A stretch of 64,000 nt of DNA from Eledone cirrhosa (Eukaryota): positions 72,478,001-72,542,000 of the forward strand of contig OZ024746.1 of NCBI GenBank assembly GCA_964016885.1. Direction: 5' to 3'. Both the position numbers and the translations under genes were made by a program. Below the pieces are notes generated by a model that saw nothing but the letters and a program-made list of their open reading frames with translations, had not been told where the DNA came from and did not search any database. The number at the start of each line of letters is the position of its first letter. Within the stretch, counting starts at the first letter, position 1. Of this stretch, positions 58,424 to 64,000 are shown piece after piece.

Positions 58424-58506
58424 TTATTTATTATAGTTTATACATATATATATATATATATATATATTTATTTATCTATTATAGTTTATACATATATATA
58501 TATATA

Positions 58507-58983
58507 TATAAACTATAACAAAGTAAGGAGCGCGGGCGGGACTGCGTACGGTTTATGATGTTTTATCCCATTAGTAAAATAAGATGGATTACTTTGAATT
58601 AATGAATATTACATAATTTATCGACTAAATTTCGTGGCTGTTCATTAAATATATTTTATTACTTATTTAAAGATTCACTTCTTTAAAATTTTCAAATGTC
58701 AACACTTCCACTTAGCGATCGCTTAGATAAATATTCATATATTTCTGTCACTAATTTTCTCCTAATGCAGTTTATATATAATATCGTCTTTTTTTAATAT
58801 ATCGTGGATTACGTTACTGATTACATAAGAGAGTGTAACACAGTCTTCGTTCAATTTCTGTGTATATTGTCAATTACGATTTTTTTTTTATCATATCTAC
58901 ATGCATATGTACTTGCGTATAATATCAATTTACACACTACACATGCTAGCAGAAAACCACCCGAAGGGTGGTTTTTCTGCTAG
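58507..58983 (+). mobile_element. Non-autonomous Helitron-like element
   Basis: Terminal hairpin CTAGCAGAAAACCACCC-GAA-GGGTGGTTTTTCTGCTAG|T. Homologous to 54884-55377. Confidence 0.75.
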
Positions 58984-59685
58984 TATATAGTAATAATAAT
59001 AAATTTGAAGACTAAAATCCAAAGAGGGCTCAATAAGGATAAATATATATCAAATATATAAGAACCCTAGAGAAAATATTTATTAAAATAACAGAAGACG
59101 ATACTTTGGTTCGTGAAGACGTTCCCTTGCAATGAAAAGAAAAAGCGAAGATAATACGTCGTTATGTGGAGCGCTGAGAACAATTACACGCAAAGACAAA
59201 ACCATGTGTGGCCCAATATGTATATGAGGCTGGACTTTGGAATTCCAAGTATAACAGTCTATTCTAATTCAAAACACAAGCTTTGGGTCGAACCAAAGAT
59301 TCCACGCACCGAGATCGAACCTGGGACAATATGATTGCAAAGAGAACTACAAAACAATTCGGCTATGGTGCGTACACTGGGCTGAACAATGAGAATGCGT
59401 GGGCCGACTATGTAAAAATTACAAGAATACACAGAAAATGTTTATTTCCCATCCTCTGAAGTTATATGTATATGTCCTGCTGTCTCTAAAAATTCTAAAG
59501 TTATGTATATGTTCTACCATCTCTATCATTTCTAAAGCTCTCTATATGTTCTGATAACTCTACTAATTCCTTGATGTATGGGAATTCTATCAAAGGAATA
59601 ATGGTTCTTAATTACAGACCAGTTATTGCCTTCTTGTTCTTTTCGAAAATGGCGAACGAGACATTTATATGAACACACACACGTG

Positions 59686-59818
<133 letters not shown>

Positions 59819-59895
59819 GTGTGTGTGTATATATGTGTATGTATATTTATGTATTTTATATACATATATGTTTATATGTGAACATATGTATGTGT

Positions 59896-59955
<60 letters not shown>

Positions 59956-60002
59956 ATATGTCAAATGCCATCAGAAATCAAATAATTAAAGAATCAAGAC
60001 AA

Positions 60003-60044
<42 letters not shown>

Positions 60045-60140
60045 TTTCTCTTAGATTCCAGTTACAGGTCTTGATAAAATTATTAATCATTAGTCCATGT
60101 GTAGGTGTAGGACTGCGTTCTCCCCGGTCTCAACTCCACA

Positions 60141-60175
<35 letters not shown>

Positions 60176-60200
60176 CATCTCTCTCTCTCTCTCTCTCTCT

Positions 60201-60281
<81 letters not shown>

Positions 60282-60529
60282 ACAAGAAGTATGTTACCGC
60301 ATAGAAGTGATTTGTCCTCATCCTCCTTCAAATCTCTTCTATATTTCATTTGCCTGTCACCCACTTCGTATATTGTCTCTCAGCCGATACTGGCTGTTAA
60401 GTCTCTGTCATATGAGGCATTTTTGCCCATCACTGTCATTGACAACATTTGGAGTTTTCTAATTTTTATATGAATTCAAATACACTCTCGCTTCATCTCG
60501 ATCAAACACAAGTCTCTATATATATATGT

Positions 60530-60622
<93 letters not shown>

Positions 60623-60623
<1 letters not shown>

Positions 60624-60722
60624 ATCCCGGGTTCAACCGAGTAACCACAGTAAATAAGGTACTCAATACATAGCAGAGTATAAAATGTTAATATAGAAAT
60701 GGCTTCTACATGACTAAAACTG
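60623..60722 (-). mobile_element. Family I remnant
   Basis: Homologous to 38792-38907; 3' end lies in (CA)n. Confidence 0.55.
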
Positions 60723-61071
60723 TGGACGTTAGAAAACGTTCTATACAGATCACTTAATATAAGAAAATAGATAATAAAAATATATATATATATACATGGT
60801 GCGTTTTTTTTTATTATCTTTTTCTTTATATATATATAGAGACAATTATTAAATATATAAATAAATAAATAAATAAATAAATAAATGCTATTGTTAATTA
60901 ATAAATAAATTAACTAATACTAAATTAATAAATAAATTAACTAATACCTTAACACTTCACACAAAGTAAAATATTTTGTTTTAAACATTTTCTAACCCAG
61001 AAAAAAGAGAAAAAAATAAAAGGAAAAAAATATATTTTTCTTCCTAATAATCGTCTTTTTCTCCCTATTTT

Positions 61072-61109
<38 letters not shown>

Positions 61110-61112
<3 letters not shown>

Positions 61113-61271
61113 CGAAGGAAATGTGGTAAGGAACCAGATGGACCATAACACACCAAAGTACTCAATACTTAGGGTAGTAGAGTGGGCAATAGGGACGAGT
61201 AGGACCCCGACGGCTGAGCTCAAGCCGTTTCGACGGCTTGAGCTCAGCCGTCGGGGTCCTACTCGTTCCTA
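61110..61271 (-). mobile_element. Family A remnant with fold-back at native GCCGT-CGAA-ACGGC hairpin
   Basis: Apex 61229-61232. (TA)n flanks. Confidence 0.9.
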
Positions 61272-61732
61272 TATATATATGGGGAGCTTTTCTTTTAAAC
61301 ATATGCAGTTAAAGTGTTAAAGACACTGTGAAACTTGATCTCAAAGTACAGAGGATCAGAACGAAAACCACAAGAAATTCTATTCAACATTCTAACATCT
61401 TCGTCAATTCGGAGATGGGTTGATTGGGCTTCCGAAATTCACCTCGTAATGCTTACTCTCACTCTCTAAATAAGCTTAAGCTTTCAGTGGCGAAACTCAA
61501 TGTAAAAGTAAACACCGAGATATATTATATTTGACTATACTACCAATATTGAGTCCTATCATCAGTAAATTGTGTTGATATTTATCACATAGTAACCCTA
61601 ATGTTTACACACACACACAGAGACAGACACAGAGAGAGAGAGAGAGAGAGAGAGACACACACACACACACACACACACACACTACCAATATTGAGTCCTA
61701 TCATCAGTAAATTGTGTTGATATTTATCACAT

Positions 61733-61922
61733 AATTGTTTCTACTTTTAGCACAAGGCCAGCAATTATCCAGTGTATTACTGGTACTTTATTTTATCGAC
61801 CCCATAAGGATGAAAGGCAAAGTTAACCTCGGCGGGATTTGAACTCAGAATGGCAAGGGCCGTAATTCCATGCGTCAAAGCATGGCGTCCGACCCTCTAC
61901 CGATACTGCCAATCCACCGCCC
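61733..61922 (-). mobile_element. tRNA-derived SINE with 17-bp TSD, inside a local tandem duplication
   Basis: GATATTTATCACATAAT at 61719-61735 and 61923-61939. Confidence 0.9.
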
Positions 61923-62017
61923 GATATTTATCACATAATAACCCTAATGTTTACACACACACGCAGAGACACACAGAGAGAGAGAGAGAGAGAGAGACAC
62001 ACACACACACACACACA

Positions 62018-62062
<45 letters not shown>

Positions 62063-62072
62063 ACACTGCACA

Positions 62073-62106
<34 letters not shown>

Positions 62107-62245
62107 GGTCATAACAGTTAATAACATAGTCTCCGGAGGTTGAAAAATCATTCCTCCTTTTGGATTACTGATTTACCAAATATACTGATTAACATTCAGC
62201 TTCTATAATCTTTACCAGGACATATATTGATAAACTCCAATATAA

Positions 62246-62307
<62 letters not shown>

Positions 62308-62311
<4 letters not shown>

Positions 62312-62607
62312 AGTAAGTAAGACCCCGACGGCTGAGCTCAAGCCGTTTCGACGGCTAATTCTGTACTGAATGAAAAATCAGTTCTGGTATTTAAATAGCC
62401 GAACTTGTCAAGGGGCAATTCCATATATGGTCAAAGAGATAATCACCAGGATTGGTCATCCCACAAGGTAGTAGTAATTCTGCGATGGCAAGTTGGTGGG
62501 GGAGGTAGCCAAACCTCTTACTTACTCCTATTACCCACTCTACTACCCTAAGTATTGAGTACTTTGGTGCGTTATGGTCCACCTGGTTCCTTACCACTTT
62601 TCATTCG

Positions 62608-62610
<3 letters not shown>
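62308..62610 (+). mobile_element. Family A copy with long inverted 5' segment
   Basis: Inverted part 62308-62515, forward part 62516-62610, 15-nt overlap (TCTTACTTACTCCTA). Confidence 0.8.
62322..62416 (-). ncRNA. Complete family A type I hammerhead, U3-A8 core
   Basis: Minus strand: gcccc TTGACAA gttcggcta..tagccgtc GAAA cggcttgagctcagccg TC ggggt. Confidence 0.75.
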
Positions 62611-62652
<42 letters not shown>

Positions 62653-62655
<3 letters not shown>

Positions 62656-63117
62656 AAAAAATGAAACGAAATTTCATTTCTCACTCTTAGTACGGCTGTT
62701 ACTGAAATATAAGTATGTATACGTACATACATATATGTATACAGACGTACAGTAGTATGTATATATATATACATATATGCACACATATATATATGTACGT
62801 ATGGATTTACCGAGCATTTATTATAATGCTCGGTTTGTTTGTAAACAAACATCCCGTATTAAGCCGTACAGTGTTTAGTAACCATCGTCACCCTTTGTTC
62901 AACACTGACAAAGGAACGATGTACTAGTTTCAAGCTTATTAGCTATCGTCAGCACCGTATACCTTCCTGTCAGGTGATTGAACGTCTGAAAGTATATACT
63001 TTCCTTATGCATATTAACGGTTGAGCAGCCTAATTTGCATATCGAGTGAGTTAATCGGCCGGGCGCACCGAAAACGATAAGTGGAAAAAATAAAACGAAA
63101 TTTCATTTCTCACTCTT
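62653..63117 (-). mobile_element. Family C retrozyme-like unit, 1.1-mer (period 429), different permutation
   Basis: 36-bp terminal direct repeat (62653 and 63082). Same monomer as 43800-44290. Confidence 0.8.
62916..62958 (-). ncRNA. Minimal type I hammerhead ribozyme, intact core
   Basis: Minus strand: acggtg CTGACGA t-agct-aata-agct-t GAAA ctag TA catcgt. Confidence 0.85.
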
Positions 63118-64000
63118 TCCCTGTCTCTCTCTCTCCTCTCTCCCTCTCTCTCTTTCTTTAGATGTGTGTGTGTAGTTTTCCTAATCTGTCTCTTTCACTC
63201 TCTGTCTCTCTAAGAGGGTTGCCTTTTGATGTATGTATTACCTGCTTGTGTGTTGACAGAATTTGAAGGAGGTTATCCTTTTGAAATAAACATACATACG
63301 ACGCTCATCTCTATGTTGATATATTGAAGTAGATACGGAAAGTAAAAGAATGTTGTCATAGAGAGAGTGAAGAGAGACAGAGAGTAAAGCAGTTAAATTA
63401 TAGAGAGGGTGAAAGAGGGAGAGAGAGAGACGACGCTCAGCTTTATAATATTTGAGAGTGAGGAGCGACAGAGAGAGTAAAGCAGTTAAATTATAGAGAG
63501 GGGCAATGATCTATTATAGAGAGAGGGAAGAGCGACGGAGAGAGTAAAGCTAAGAAACTATAGGGAGGTGTGTAGGATACATACATAATACATATATACA
63601 ACGCTCAGCTTTATAATATTATAGATATATGTGTGTAGCACGTGCGTGTATGTATGCGTATATGTATATGTATGTGTGTGTGTAAGTGTATATATGCGTG
63701 TGTATGTATGTATGTATGTGTGAGTATGTATGTGTATGTATGTGTGAGTACGTATGTGTGTGTGTGTATATATGTGTGAGTATGTATGTGTGTGTATGTA
63801 TGTGTGAGTATATATGTGTGTGTATGTGTATATATATGTGTGAGTATGTATGTGTGTATGTATATATGTGTGAGTATGTATGTGTGTGTATGTATATATG
63901 TGTGAGTATGTGTGTATGTGTATGTATATATGTGTGAGTATGTGTGTGTATGTGTGAGTATGCATCTGTGTGTATGTATATATATGTGAGTATGCATGTG

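Overview
AT-rich, microsatellite-saturated eukaryotic DNA with one 200-N scaffold gap (28442-28641). The SINE families and repeat landscape look like an octopus genome; this is inferred from memory, not from a search. I find no convincing host protein-coding exon, and almost all listed ORFs are microsatellite artefacts. Real coding remnants all come from retroelements: Penelope-like elements (PLE; RT and GIY-YIG at 36164-37388, 57045-57323, 18299-18577), R4/Dong-type RLE LINEs (6115-7200, 16232-17300) and an RTE 3' end. There are also many tRNA-derived SINEs and non-autonomous Helitron-like elements. The hidden signal is RNA-structural. More than a dozen type I hammerhead ribozyme motifs lie in short inserts between (TA)n tracts. 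Many inserts are fold-back palindromes whose apex lies in the ribozyme, and four carry the compensatory U3-A8 core. Two copies of a ~430-nt non-coding hammerhead unit (43800-44290, 62653-63117) are different circular permutations of one monomer, as expected for a retrozyme-like circular RNA. All structures were paired by eye and none has been tested for activity.
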